DNA of 64,000 nt from Octopus sinensis (taxonomy: Eukaryota), in NCBI RefSeq assembly GCF_006345805.1, contig NC_043002.1:73904001-73968000 (forward strand). The letters run 5' to 3'. Positions 1 through 14,265 of the stretch are shown here, piece by piece. Position 1 is the stretch's first letter, and each line of letters starts with the position of its first letter. A program made the position numbers and the translations under genes. Below the pieces are notes generated by a model. The model was given only the letters and a program-made list of their open reading frames with translations, did not search any database and had not been told where the DNA came from.

Positions 1-276
1 TAAATGTTTAGTAATCTAAAAATAAAATTAGCTGAGAAATATGAAGCTAAAAATGCAACTTGTATATACAAGGATTAATATGAGTAAGCAAGAAGTTAAT
101 CCACTGAAAAAACAGTTAAAAAAAGGAGGGAGAAGAAAAGAAAGAAAAAAAAGTAAAAGAAATACATATGAGTCTTTGATGGGTCTGTTAAAAAGTAAGA
201 TTAGGATAGTTGCTGAGAAATCTCTCTTGCAAACTCATTCAAGTTTCAAATATTAACAGCAAGTGAATACAGCTAC

Positions 277-493
277 CTTTAGCTTCTGACTGTGGTGGAG
301 ATGTGACTTTCGATTCAGATTTGGGTGAACTGTTATTGCCTTCAGCTTCTCCATCAGCTGAGGTGGATACAGGTAATGGTTCTGAGTCATCAGCATCCTC
401 TGGAAATAGTAGAGGAATAAGAAGCAGGTGAAAGCTTCTTCCAGTCAAAGTCAGCAAAAGTGACCCAGCTGAATATACTTTGACCATAGCCAT
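277..493 (-). CDS. Candidate first coding exon of a minus-strand host gene (MAMVKVYSAGSLLLTLTGRSFHLLLIPLLF...SEAK); product unidentified
   Basis: ATG at 493 opens a stop-free stretch that is more GC-rich than its flanks and has protein-like composition (hydrophobic N-terminus, acidic/Ser-rich tail). It ends at AAAG|GTAGCT (217 nt, phase 1). No TE similarity recognised. Confidence 0.5.
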
Positions 494-2811
494 GACTACA
501 AAAAAGCAATTCTAACATGTCATGCAGCTAGCAGCAAACACAGGAGCAATGCTGCCATTTTATCTGCCCTGAGAAACTGACCACAATATCACTGATAAAA
601 GCCAAGCAGAAGAAAGCGACTCACTGCCATGCACAGAACTGGCACCAATATGGAGAGATTTTTTTCAGTATATCAACCAATGAAATACTCTTCCAAAACA
701 AATGAATTTACTGCTTCGATAAAAAGAAAATGACAAAAATGATTAATTTAAAAGCCAAAATCATTTCCACATATGGCAGCATAAATTACAGACAAATACA
801 ATTTTCATGCAACGTACTTTAACTCTTTCAGAGAAACCATACAGAATTCAAAGTCAGTGCATATGAAATTTAATGAAAAAAAAAAAAAAAACGAAGATAT
901 GTCACTTACAAAAATGTTAAACAAAGATACCAGAACAAATATATCAAACCTCCTCAAAATAACACTCTTATAAAATAATTATAAATAGTTTTACTTTTGA
1001 CTTTAGAAAAAAAAAATTAGGGGAAATAATATAGATGTAATAAATGTGCTACATTACACTGATAACTTTATTTTAACAACTGCATAATAGTATTTCTTTT
1101 TTCAATATGAATTCAGAGAAAGGGAAATTTCAGTAAAAGACAGTTAAGTTATCATTTAAGATGCCTGACTAGACTACTGAGCAAAAGGGGTCATCACTTG
1201 AATTGGGAGACTAGTGATGACTTGCATCAACAAGAATTGGATTGGGATTAAAAACTGAAAAAGTATATGTTGTCAATAAGATGCCATCATTTTGGGCAAT
1301 ACTCTGATGAAAGGCATTACTGAAATAATATTAGTCTCTACTTCATTTCAGAGCATAACTACACTTCATCAGTTTTTAATACTAAACTAGAAATTCTAAG
1401 ATTAACGTCTTTCAGAAATAAAGACACTATAGATAGATACTGTACTTAAAATTTATTATGCTAGTTGTATGGGTAAGCTGGACTACAAATACAAATGCTA
1501 AAAACTGGCCATTAGCACTGCGCTATATCCTTAGGCAAGAAGCATTACTTGTCTTAGCTGAAAATAGATTTCATTTGCCATTTAGAATTAAATAGTACTA
1601 AGTACTAAGCATATGTTGCAAATGCAAATATCTAAATTTGTAAACATCTAACCATTTTTTCAAAAATGATTTTGTAGTGCATATTTCATACTGCCAATTG
1701 TTAACGTTTGCTATGAAAAAACAACTACTCTGAATAAAATCAAAGCTCTCTTCCAGCCATATTTAATACTGACGCAACAATTAAAAACATTTCTTTTAAA
1801 GAAACATGCAGAATACATCAATACTAACAATTGCACATTTAAACATACAACAAATATACAATGAATGTAAATCACAAAATATATAACCAACCCTGGATAA
1901 AATAATAAAGGTTTTAGAGGAAAAAGATTGAAATTAATTTCATTCTGTATCATTTCGAAAAAGACATATTGCATATGAAAAAAAAGGTATAAATTAATTG
2001 AGCATAATATATTTCAGTTGTTTGGCTAAAGTACATAAGTCAAATTTATTACAAACAATAATTAAGACAATATTTGATATTTATAAACATTGCTTAATAA
2101 GCAAATCTACATTCACTGGAACAGCCATGAACTACCAGTTATTGAGTCCACAACAGTTTTGATCTGAAAAACCATTGACAGTAAGAAGCAGTAGGTGAAT
2201 TCTGATAAGTGAAATAATTAGTACTGGAGGTAGATGTCAGAAGTGACAATGCAACAAAGTGGGCCAAAGTATTTAGAAAACTGCTACTTCAGTTAGCAGC
2301 AGCAAGAGTTTTCTAAATAGCAAATACTATGAGGCATATATATGAAAGTGAAGCTGTTAGACAATGAATGTAGGTATTTACAAATGGAGGACTATGTTAA
2401 ACAAAAAACAATCTTGAGTGCAAATGACTCAACAAAATAGGTTGGCATCAAAGACATTGGTCAATGTTTACAACACAAAGTGACATAATTTCAAATAAAA
2501 TCTATTGCCTACATGTTTCAGTTTTTAAAATAAGAATTTTGAAAGATTTAGTATATCTTTTTCATTTTAATGATGTTGGTTGAAATGTATCAAATTTTTT
2601 TTTTAAATTATGACAGTTTCAATTCAGATTTGGTGGGGTTTTGTATTTTGTGAACAATAGTGTCAATGATTGCAGATTTCAACAGCTCAATTACTAGTAA
2701 TGCTTTTATAGTGGCAAGAATAAAGGAATATCTGTTCAAATCAGGCAGAACATATGGTAAAAATGATTTTTCTTTTGTTGATAAGCATCAGTTTATCACT
2801 TTTCTCTTGGT

Positions 2812-3015
2812 ACTTGGTGGCCTCACTAGTGCTGATGCCACACACACACACACACACACAAAAGAACCCTGGATACACTGTAAATTGGTTGGCATTCAGC
2901 TGTAGAAAACTGCCAAAGTAGACATTGGTGCTCGGTGCAACCCTCTGGCTCATTTATTCCTGTTTAACCATCTAACCCATGCCAGCATGGAAAAAGGAAC
3001 ATTAAATAATAATGA
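2812..3015 (+). mobile_element. Degraded RTE-LINE 3' UTR / RTE-dependent SINE tail
   Basis: Motifs TGGTTGGCATT..GCTGTAGAAA..AACCCATGCCAGCATGGAAA, shared with the copy that follows RTE coding sequence at 16170-16535. Confidence 0.65.
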
Positions 3016-3177
3016 AAGACACACACAACAGGCTTCTGTAGCAGCTTCAGTTCACTCACAAAATATTGGCCAATTCAAGGTTATAAGAAGACTCCTAGAT
3101 TGCTGGATAGTGGGATCAAACCTGATTTCACATGGTTACAAAGCAAGATTCTTCAACACATATCCATATCTGTGTCC
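3016..3177 (-). mobile_element. Degraded tRNA-derived SINE, 5' part (family of 41356-41695)
   Basis: Similar to 41545-41695 (CACACA..TTCACTCACAA..TATA..AGAAGAC..CACATGGTT). Confidence 0.5.
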
Positions 3178-3869
3178 GCAAGGTAAACAATTTAGCATAG
3201 ATAATTTAGCAAAAATTAACTAGAAGTGGTCTCAGTTGGGTTACTGTAACAATGATAATACACTGTAAAGGAATAATTTTAGCCAATATTTATTGTTTAA
3301 CCCCAAATCAGTCCATAGGCCTATGATGAAAGGTATTCCATGTGATATCACAGGGACTATCTTCGGTCCCCCCCCCAGGCATAAGGCACTTAAGACCACA
3401 TTACTTAATGTGCCCCTCCCCATTATTATTTCTGAAGCTGGTAGAGTGTGAATTCAAGGAGTTATTTCTTTTGAGTCAAGCAACCATATAGGGGCTTCCA
3501 CACTGGCTCATTTAAGACAAATACAGAGGGTTCCTGTAAATGCAAATAAAGTGTACTGAGAACTTTGAGATTAGTAAAATGCCCATTAGGTCAGTCTAAT
3601 GAAATGACATAGGACGAGGAGACAGGAAGCAATGTTGCTTTACAGATGCATCCATCCCATGTTGATGATGCTGATATTGATTGCTTATCTCAATATTTGG
3701 TACCCCAAGTTCATCAACAGTAGTCTATAAATCATTGTTTTCTTTCTTCAACATTTTCGTTGCAACTGACCTTCAAATATTATTTACAAAATGTATATAA
3801 TTTGATCTTTTAACAATAACAACAGCAACAATAATAGTTATTTCTAAAATAGTCTCATGGTCACAAATT

Positions 3870-4225
3870 TAAAAGAGGTGTTCATCAATTAAATGGACCT
3901 CAATTCTTGACTGATACGTAATTTCATTGACTCCAAAAAGATGAAAGACAATGTTGAGCACAGAGTGTAGAGAGCCAGAGCATATACTGTAAAGCAGTTT
4001 GTCTAACAATTCTACCAATTCCCCATCTTCAGTAATTTCTATCACTAGCAGAAGACCAGAAAATAAGGAGGAGGGGTGTAGTTGATTGACTCCAGTATTT
4101 GATGGATACTTTACATTTCATCCCTGGAGGGATGAATGGTAAAAGGGTGACTGCAATGGAATTGAACTCAGAATGTAAGGAACTACAAAGTACTTTGTGC
4201 AACACTAGTAATTCTGCCAATCCAT
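3870..4225 (-). mobile_element. Two degraded SINE copies (family of 57582-57814)
   Basis: Reverse-complement remnants of the core GCCTTTCATCCTTTCGGGGTCGATAAA..AGTACC and of the B box (GGAATTGAACTCAGAA). Confidence 0.5.
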
Positions 4226-5551
4226 CATCACCACCGCCATTATTATGCTGCATGATTAAATTTAGTTGGCTAAGCTATTTTAATGATCATTTATTTTCCT
4301 TTCCTTGCATAGATTACACAGCACTGTCTGAACAGATCTGGTATTATTCTAAATTAATATAATTTACTTAACTAACTTCTCCTAGGTGATACTAGATAAT
4401 CCTGCTAGTCAAGAAATATATAACCAAAGCAAGGCGTTGCCAGCTGTTTAACTTAACCGAAAATATAGAGCAGAAATTTCGAATGATTAGAAGAAAGGCT
4501 GCTGACAGCTAAGCTTTACAGTTGTTTTACATTTTTGCTTTTAACACACACACACATTTGTATGCCCACAACAACTTTATATATACATGAATACTTTAAA
4601 TTACTTTAAGTGAAAAAATTATAATGCAATGGATCTAATTTTGAATTTTAGGGTACTGTAGATATATGATGTCAATTTTACAATAAAATATGAACATCAG
4701 CTATGAAACCAAAATAGGTGAGATCATTTATGAAAAGCTTTTACAAACAACAAAACAGAGGCTTTCAGCTTCTATGGCGATCAAGGCATGATGTAAATTT
4801 AGAGACAGATGAAGCTGCAAATCTAATCAATTTGTAAGTAGTAAAAAGACAAGTAAAAATGATTTTTAAAAAAACACATTACAGTAAAAAAAAAAAGAAG
4901 TATTTTTATTTGTCTTCAAAACACAAAAATAATTTACTCTGATGGAATACTGAAAACAGCTAATTTTCTAAGTTTGAGAAGCAATTACAGTAATTAATAT
5001 AATGACTGAATAGACTGGAATGGAATGACTGAGCCAAAAGCCAAACTCCTTCAGAGATTGCATGTTATTTTCAGCCAGTATATATCATTTGATCTGCTAG
5101 ATAGAAATAGGTACTACTCTTACTTTACAGAAAGGCTGAGAGCTTGTAATCATACAACAAAATATTTCCTTCTAAAAATTATAGCATAGCAAAACATACA
5201 TTCTAAAATGAATTGTGTTAATATCATCATATCCATTCTTTACAATTCAACTTTTATTTTTCCATGGTGTCATTAAAAATATATACATCCATGAGTTTTT
5301 CCCTAAGTTAATAACAGTTTTCTTCCAAAGGACTAAAATCATACTTTTTCTCATCAACAATTGAAAAACTGTTCCTAGCCATTTCTATAACAAAAAAAAA
5401 AAGAAAAGGGTTTTAATATATGATTGAATATATTTTCTTTTTCAGATGAGTTAATTTTTCACATAATGTTTCATTGAATGAAAATTAATTTCAGTTATTA
5501 GTTTCATGTCTGTTTCACTCTCATTAGAATTAGTTCGGAGCATCTGCTCAC

Positions 5552-5650
5552 CAATAGAATGCATTCCATTAGTGACATTATAGTGTATCTCTAACAAAGA
5601 TAGCAAAATTCTCAACAGTTCACTTTCCCTTATTGTCAAAGGGTACCAGT
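5552..5650 (-). CDS. Weak candidate symmetric (phase 1-1) cassette exon, DWYPLTIRESELLRILLSLLEIHYNVTNGMHSIG
   Basis: AATAG| acceptor, 99 nt open frame, ATTG|GTGAGC donor; polypyrimidine tract is poor. Confidence 0.2.
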
Positions 5651-6514
5651 CTATTGATATGGGTAATCAGTGCATGTGTAATTTACGTTTACTTCATTAA
5701 CCTGCAGTGCTAAGATAGAATCCACTCTAAGCCAATAAAAAAGATAAATTTTCTCCTTTAAATCAAAAAACAAAAATCTTATCACTGATGAATATATCAT
5801 TAGGAAAAGTCAAACAATTGGTTCAATTTATCCTAGTTGTGAGACAAATTAAGTACCAACTAATTGATTCAATGTTGACTGAGTGAAGTTGAAAGTGTCA
5901 ACTGGTTGGATACTTGTTTGGTAGGAAACTGTATTGTTGGATGAGCAAAGAGTAACTTTCCACTATATTGTTTTAGAGTGTCTTGTAGACAAATAACATT
6001 TGACTAAGCTAAAGAAGCTCATTTACTCCTCCTATATGAAAAAATAAAACAAGATAGCAATCAAGCCATTGATTAGATATAAGACGGAGTGTAGAATAGT
6101 AGCATGGAACTGAATGTAAGACAAATATTCATCATTATATAGTAAGGAAAGAAGTAGAGACAATGTAGGTGACAGTGATTGTTATCAATATACTTAATGG
6201 AGATCTATAAGAACCTTCATGTGAAAGAGCTGACAAAATCTGTGATACAGAAATGATATTTCACAAAATAATTTAAAATTCAATGAATATTTGAATATTT
6301 TATGAACTAAAGTGAAATACTTAAGTTTTTCAGGTTGATATTTATCAGTGGCAATTTTAAATTTCAACTGAAGAATTATTGTATGTACTTAACACACTTT
6401 AATTTTCATAAATAAGTAGGATGTTACACTGTGATAACTAACATTTTTAGAGAGAATACTTTGAAATCATGCAAATAGGTAAGAATCCTAATTTATTTTA
6501 TTACTAAGGTTTTG

Positions 6515-6690
6515 AGCTGGCAGAATTGTTAGTGTTGCAAAAAATACTTTACTGTATTTCTTGTGACTCATTACATTCTGAGTTCAAATTCTACCAAGGT
6601 CAACTTTGTCTTCAAACCTTTCAGGGAATGGTAAAACAAGTATCAGTCAAGTACAATCCACTTGCCCTCTCCCATCAAAGATGCTGACCC
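6515..6690 (+). mobile_element. Degraded tRNA-derived SINE (family of 57582-57814)
   Basis: GAGCTGGCAGAA A box, GAGTTCAAATTC B box, GGTCAACTTTG..CCTTTCAGGG core. Confidence 0.65.
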
Positions 6691-6694
6691 TATG

Positions 6695-7053
6695 CAGTGT
6701 TCCCAAACCGTGGTGCAAAGATCTCAAAGCAAACTTCATCTACCTTTGAAAATCCTACAAAAGATTTAACCTTTTTGTTAAACAAATTTCTGTTGAAACA
6801 CACTGCCCTTTTTTCAATTAATTTTGAAAATAAGAGAATTTAGTAAAATACCCTGTCATTATGAAACTGGTGTTGAAACATGAATATAAATTTTTGATGG
6901 AACGCTTAAATTTATATCCTTTTAAAATAGTAAGCTTGTATTATAGAAGCAGGGGTAGTTTCAAGCAGGTTGGTCTCAAAAATGCAAAGGAAGGGAGTCA
7001 ACTAATTCAACTTGTTATTAAATGGATGCCAAACAAAAGGTTGAGAAACACTG
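6695..7053. mobile_element. hAT-like MITE remnant containing a nested TTAA-type MITE
   Basis: Imperfect termini CAGTGTTCCCAAACC ... GGTTGAGAAACACTG; an 8-bp TSD is no longer recognisable. Confidence 0.45.
6766..6990 (-). mobile_element. piggyBac-like (TTAA) MITE, inverse copy of the family at 63720-63939
   Basis: TTAACCTTTTTGTTA..TTTCTGTTGAAA..TTTCAATTAATTT..AAAATAA matches the reverse complement of the 63720-63939 element. Confidence 0.55.
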
Positions 7054-8719
7054 CTTTACAGTATGTATCTACTTCTTTATGAAACAAAAAACAAAAAATG
7101 GCTGTGACAATTTATAAAATAGTCAACTTAGAAATTCTGCCATTATTTGCATGATATTAAGACAACTATAAGTCTACTTTAATTATCAAATAAATATAAT
7201 TATTTTTCCTAAACATTCTGACAAAAATAAAATAGCTATAGTTATTGGTTTTCTGACTAAGCAAAATCAGAAACAGTGTCAAACTCATTCAAAAAGTTAA
7301 TAGATAAAACATCATTGTAAATATAACCTAATTCACCCACAGCTAATAACACAGCTGTTATTTTAGAGATGAATGCTCTGTTAGAATCTGCCTTTAAAAA
7401 TGTATGGTTTGCCAAGTTAATGTCATTACTAAAAGGAGGTTAAAGAATATCTAGTATACATAATTATTTCTGAATCTGAAAGATAAATATACTAAAATAT
7501 GGAAACTTCATATAACCAATCAAACACAATGAAACAGACTTCCATCAATCAAACCAAAGGATACTTGTTCATGGCTTTAAAGCGCTAACTCTTAGTATTA
7601 CTCAGTGAAAATTAGGCTAGGCTGGAAAGTAATCCTATTCATTAAAGCTAAGTCAAAGATTAATCTTTCAGCAGGGTAGGATAATAGAGTTTTAAACCAT
7701 TAAGTCGAAGGAGATTTTAATAAGTGATTAATTAGAAATTAAGAGATATATGTTTTATTCAAAGAAAAATAGAATCTGTTGAATGTTATATGTGTTTAAC
7801 AAGATTGTTTAAAAACAATAAAGATATAATCACATGAACATAGAGCCCCATTTTAACGGGACATGTAAACAGTGTCAAAATCAAGTGACATTAAGTAACA
7901 AAACTGCTAATTTTTCTGACATTAATTATAGCTATTGTTAAAATTAATTTACATACACATTTGTGGCAAGGTTTTTGTTATAGTGTTACATATAACAAAA
8001 TAAACATAAACTTAATTAAATATTAAACCTCAAGTCAAGATTGGCTTGATATGTCAATAAGCTTAACTGAAGTTCAGGTAAATTTAGTTGACCTTCAAAA
8101 TTTGTCACTAATATCAAGGATTAAAACTTACTTTAATTATGGATGTGTTCATATCAAAAACAAAGACTGTATCAGTTTCATGTTACTTTCTGCTCGTGTA
8201 ATTAGTTAAGATAGATAAGCTAAATATAGAGAAATCTAATTAACTTAATTAAAGTTTAAGAAAACTTATTAATATCACTTCTTAAATAAAAATGAATAGA
8301 AAGACAAAAAAAGTATAGGTTTCCTCTACAAAATAAATTGAACTTATGTGAAATTCATAATCTTTTTTTAACTAACATTTTTGAAACCATAGCATTACTG
8401 AAAATTCAAATTCATGCTAACATTAAGATGGTTATCTTTTGTTTCAAAAATATAGAATGGTGTATATGCACATACACTGTTCTTAAATGTATGAATGGTT
8501 TAATAATTTTATTTAACAAATGAATTTCAATATTGTAAAAGAAAATTATGAAAAGTGGGAGAGTTTCATAAACTTTACATCTAAAAATATGTTATGAAAT
8601 ATGCCATGGTTAAATCTGTTCATTACCAATGATTTTCACTGTTATATTTCATCTATATTATTAAAAATCAAAATTCATGATTTTCAAAAATGCTAAAATA
8701 AGCTACTCAAATGAAAACT

Positions 8720-8950
8720 TGACTATCAAAAGCTCGCTTCTCACAGGTGAGGTATAGGGAGAAAAAAGTTTGCCACGGTTCCATTTCTGAAGTAAAGTGG
8801 AACAAAGTATTTAGTATGGGATCTGGAAAGTGAGATATATCAAGGGTATCAAGAAAAGGAAAGGTAAATGCATCTGCTAGTGCACAGCAAGCAACATTAT
8901 AATAGCAGCAGATGAGACAGAAGGGAGGTACAGCATGTAAGTGGACTATC
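8720..8950 (-). mobile_element. Very old CR1/L2-like LINE C-terminal relic
   Basis: Translation PPFCLICCYYNVACC resembles the SL..FYRYY.G.C C-terminal motif of CR1-group ORF2. Confidence 0.25.
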
Positions 8951-9154
8951 ATCCTTGTAAGAGAAGGCTCACCTACCAGAGAATGATATCTATCTAATCT
9001 AATCTGAAATGAAGAAGGTGATTACTGTATATTACTAGGTATGTGAACAGAACCATAATGGAGGGAGTTTGAAAAGAAGGCAAGTCAATAATCTTGACGA
9101 ACTTATAGCTGTGGGTTTGCCATTCAAGATTTTGGCGGTAGATAGAAGGCAGTA

Positions 9155-9350
9155 GATTGGTAGAATCATTAGAACATTAGAAAAATGCTTTGATGTATTG
9201 GATCTAACTCTAGGATTTCAGGTGAAACTCAAGCAGGGTGAACTTTGCCTTTCCTCCTTCTGGAGCTGACAAAAAGTACAAGTTAAGAACTGGGATTAAT
9301 TTAAGTCACTGCTCCATCCCCATCAAAGTGCAAGGTTTTGTGCCTGTATA
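9155..9350 (+). mobile_element. Degraded SINE (family of 57582-57814)
   Basis: TTGGTAGAATCATTAG..GGGTGAACTTTGCCTTTCCTCCTTCTGGAG..AAAAGTAC. Confidence 0.55.
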
Positions 9351-12129
9351 AAACATTACTGTGATGTAACAGATAAGAGATTTTCAGTGATTTGAGTGTA
9401 TAATTGAATATGGGTTGTGTATTGAGCAGGCAGCTTTTCTTGATTATGAGCTAAATGCATATAGGTGTGTGGGCAGTACAACATTGTAGAGAATATGTGC
9501 TTTGTAAAGTGTTTGCAGCAGTTCGAGATTGGTTAAGTCATGTGTTCTAGGTTTTCATAACAGATTGAGACATGAGCTCTTGGTTTGATTTCCTTTCATT
9601 CCAATGATGGTGAATGTGATGAAGTTGTCGATTCCACCATGTATGATGTTTTGAAGTTCTTCATTACTGGATAAACACACAGGTTGGTAAAGAATTGTAA
9701 ATTTTCATGCAGGTAAAATCAACACACCCAAAATGAAAGAAGCATGCAAATTTATCTATCAGCTTGGGAGATTCAATGATTTCAGGCTGACAACAGAGTT
9801 CACTGATATGGAGAACGATAAAGGTTGGGAAAATGACTAATACCCGAGATACTTCTTAAATGATAATAGGGGGTAGGTGGTATGGAAAAACTCAACACAT
9901 GCATCAACAGAACAACCTATAAAAAGAAGTTTCAAATCTAAGTGAATGTCATGAAATAAAGTTGAAAAAACCCCCTGATAATTTCAAAATTAACAGCTTT
10001 GCTTTTGCTTGTTCTCCAGAGTAAGAACCACAAAGAAGAACAAATCATTGATAAATCTGACTTTCTGGTTTGTATTTATGAATCTTAAGTAGATCATAAA
10101 ATAGCTTTTCTACTAACTTGAGAGCCTGTTTTTCAGCTTTATAATACAGGCCAGCAAAGAAAGAGAAGTGGGGGGGGGAGAAAAACGGAATATATGTAAG
10201 ATGGGGGCAAGATGAAAGGGGGGATATGTGAGAGGAGAAGAAATGAAAGAGGAGGAGGCAAATGAGAAGAAAGAGACAGGTGAGAAACACGGAGACAGAT
10301 GTGAGAAAGAGGAGAGTGGACAGAAACAAGAGAGAAGAGTAAAAAAGAGAGATGAATAGAAAATAGAATGGGAAGCTTAATGAGGTTAGAGGCATTTGAG
10401 GATAACTTGATAACTTATAAATTTATTTGATAGCAATAATAAGCCAAGAGTGATGACTAGATGGAAGCTACTTGGAGGTGATATTTGTGCAAATTTTATG
10501 TGTGAACATATTTAAGCTTGTGTATAACTGAGTGTGTACCTATGAATATAAATGTATTTGTTGTATTGAAATGAATAAATTAAGATCATGTTTGAAAAAA
10601 TTCAAACATAATGAAATCAAACACAAACAGCAAACAAAACCATAGTCATGCAAACAAACAAAAAATAGAGAGAAAAAAATTAAGAATGAAAATCTTTATT
10701 TCAAGAAGTATACAAGTATCAAGTGAAGAATCCAATACAGAAAAAGAATACTTCCAAGTTCTTCCTATTGTCTCCAATAGACTGTATTGTTAAGAATACA
10801 TAATTGCTCATTGGAATAATAAGATTATTGCACATCAAAAGTATCTTTTTGAGATAAGAAAATTCTTGTATTTTTATTATAATTAATGGTTTAACTAGGG
10901 GAGTAAAGGTAACACCCATGACCTTTTGCAAACATCTCTGGGATTAGGGACGGGAAAAATCACAACTTACGGGTTAATGCAGAAGGAAGCATTGCATTAA
11001 GCTATTGAGTTATGCTTATTCAAATACTTGCAACAGAATGAAATCCACTAAACCAAGCAAGTGAATTAGGCCTAACAGCCAAGTTATGTATACTGTTAAG
11101 TAATTAGTTCACAGTCTATGAGTGAAAATTGAAATTAACAATTCAGGCTTATAATAAAGAGATACACTATTCTCATTAACCATCTAACAGAGAGAAGACT
11201 GATTAGAATTGTTTAACCCATACTGTTGAGTTCGGCATAGCTTGTATAATTACAAAACAAGCATTCACTTAAAATAAAATATTTAATCTAAAATCAAAAA
11301 GTTGCCATGCCACATTGCTGAATATATATATATATATATATAAAGCAGGTGTAAAATAGACAGACAAATTGGAACTTTTCAGGTAACCAGGTGAATGGAA
11401 TATACCCAACAATAAAAATCTTTGTAAAATTTTGAATTTATGAAAACTATCCTACCTATATTAGCAGGAACAACAAAAACAAACCTATAATATAAATATC
11501 TTTTATTCTTAAATTTAAGTATCTTCAAAACAAGATATAAAATATTTAATTTTTCTTATTAGGAATATCATATTTCTATAAATAAATTATTCCTCAGAGA
11601 AACTATAATTCTCTTTTTCTTTTCAAATATATTTTCATGACATCATAGGTTGGATGGCACCATACAATCAGAAAATAGAATTTAATCTATAACATCAAGA
11701 CAAGAGAAATAGAATACATAACAAAGAAGAAAAATTAATTACGAATTACTCAAATGTAAAACTTTAGAGTAATTACATAAAGTATTTTAAATAGTTGACC
11801 ATATAATCTGCTTTACAGACTTAACCAAACTTACTTATGACAGTAAATAAAGATAGATGTAAATAATAACACTGATTTCTTACATTGGTACAATATCAAA
11901 AATTTGTAATTGATTGAATTGAATAATATTTATTTTATTGCTCTTTGATTGATGAAAGGTTTTGAAAGTATTTGAATACAAAAAGGAGATATATGACTAA
12001 ATATTGTATAGCATTTAGTTCAGCCTACTAACATTTTAGTCAAATATCAACCCTAATAATAATAATAATAATAATAATAATATCAACTTTCTACATTGAT
12101 ATTATTGTCAGGATCACTAATTTAAAGTG

Positions 12130-12300
12130 AGGGTACAGTTAACTGAATCAACCTTAGTACTTGACTGGTATTTAACTTTATTGATTCTGAAAGGATGGAA
12201 GGCAAAGTTGACACCAGTGGGATTTGAACTCAAAACATAAAGAGCTGAAGCTAAATATCAAAGAATTTTGTTCAATGCTAACACAATTCTTCCAACCTAC
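12130..12300 (-). mobile_element. Degraded SINE (family of 57582-57814)
   Basis: GTACTTGACTGGTA..GAAAGGATGGAAGGCAAAGTTGAC..GGATTTGAACTC. Confidence 0.6.
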
Positions 12301-13069
12301 TGTCCCAACCTGACATTAGTAATAATTTTTCAATTAGTTATTTTGCCTCATAATTAATGTACATGAGAGGAAAAAAAATGTGATGTTCACCTTTTTCCCA
12401 ATATTATAAGTAACATAGTTTCAATATTGAGGAGAAACTGGGTCACAAAATTAGACTGAAAAATTATGACTGCTCAAAACTAAGAACAGCTGTTTTAATG
12501 ATTTTATTTGTAAACAAAAAGTTATTATGCAAGTTACATAAAATCTATTAACCTTGACAACACTAAGCCTAGTTCTGAACTCCAGACATGAACTATTGAA
12601 CCATTCAATACTAATACAAAATACCTGAAATGTGTTTATAGCTGCTTTTTTCAATCACAGTAAAAGTTCTTATTTCATTGTCATAATTAAGTTCTATTTC
12701 TCTTACTTCTTGCTATATTCCAAACTTGAGTGCGGGATTTGCTTTAATAATAATCAATTCTTTGTGAGTTGAATGTTTATAATGATTTTACTTACCAAAG
12801 AGAATCATTTTACTTATGTTACAAATTTATATTCCCTTCCCTCATTTATCTTGGATACTATACATATGCAACTACAAAATCAGCAACTTGTAGAGGCCTT
12901 TCAATAGGGGAAGTTAATATAGTGCAAAGAAAAGACATTTAATCATCATATTAAATTTATTTTCATGATGAAATAATATGCAAATATACTACTATATAAT
13001 GCCATGTATGGATATAAGCATATTTTGTCATGAAGCCCTGTTTGACAGAATCATGTTCAAAGTCCTAAT

Positions 13070-13210
13070 CATATGATGTTGTCTGCAGGAGTTGACTTTG
13101 CTTTATAACCTTCCAAAGTTGATAAAATAAGTACCAATAAAGAACTAGGTTAAGTTTAATTACCCATACTTCAATCCAAGATATGATACCTTGTGCCAAT
13201 GTAAGAAATT
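13070..13210 (+). mobile_element. Degraded SINE core fragment
   Basis: GTTGACTTTGCTTTATAACCTTCC..GTTGATAAAATAAGTACCA. Confidence 0.5.
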
Positions 13211-14265
13211 TATTAGATGAGAGAAATTGTAGTAGAACTGTGTATCATGTTGTGGCTCTTAGATAAAAAAATATTACTTGCCTATAAAATAGATGTCACT
13301 CCTCGTAACTGCTTGGTAATTATTAAAAAAAACAAAACAAACAAACAAAAAAGATACTGAATGGTCAAAATACTAGCTCCTGAAATTTACATATGTAAAT
13401 TGATGTGACAATTTTCAAAATGTTTTAATGTTATATCCTCTACAATAGTGCCTGTTATAGAGCATTAAGCAAGCAGCTAGTAAAGACAGGTGAATTTCAA
13501 TTACATCTTTTAAGCCAATTCATTTTATTTACACTACTAATTCCTTTGAGAATATCATAATTATTTATGGTTCTCTCTAAATTTTCATAGGTTATAATTT
13601 GTTTTTCCTGTCTTTACCTATGAGCACTCAAAAATTCAACTATTTTTTCATCAGTGCCACCCTAAACAATCACAACAAAACTTTACTCAAAAACTTTTTT
13701 CCTTGAAATACAACTATCTGATGCTTTGCTGCATTAATACTTTCTCTCTAGACTTCAACCTGCAGAAATTTAACCTGAATAACAACCACATCAACCTGAT
13801 CAATACAGAGAAGAGTCTGCTTCTGAAGGACTTTCCTCTCTTGATTAAAATTTAAAACATCCAAAACACTGAATTTACAACATCTGTTGTTAATGAACAT
13901 GTTTTGGTGCCTTTCACAATTCAATAGAAAAATGGTGTGAGATATGGTTAAGTATTCTACTTATATAAATTAAAAAGTCATCTGTTCAACTTGACTAATT
14001 CCTCTAGAATTCATAAAAATCACTCTTTGCAAAATCCATTATAACCAAAGAAAATGTGGCAGATGCTTGACATTTAAAATAAACTGAACTGTTACAAATC
14101 AACAAACCATCACACAGCTTATGTCAAAATAACAACCTAGACTCAATAGCAAAGTTAACCAAAAAACTCTGGTCTACAAAATTGAGCTGCTTCCCACTAC
14201 CTTCATTCAGCCAAATGATGAACTTGAACTTGACACTGAGTTATAACTTTTGGTAGCTAAGAGTA

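Noticed and set aside
41-256. 71-aa Lys-rich plus-strand ORF
   Set aside because: A-rich low-complexity sequence, more likely intron of the minus-strand gene
10045-10395. 116-aa hydrophobic ORF
   Set aside because: Translation of a purine-rich low-complexity tract; no splice or codon support
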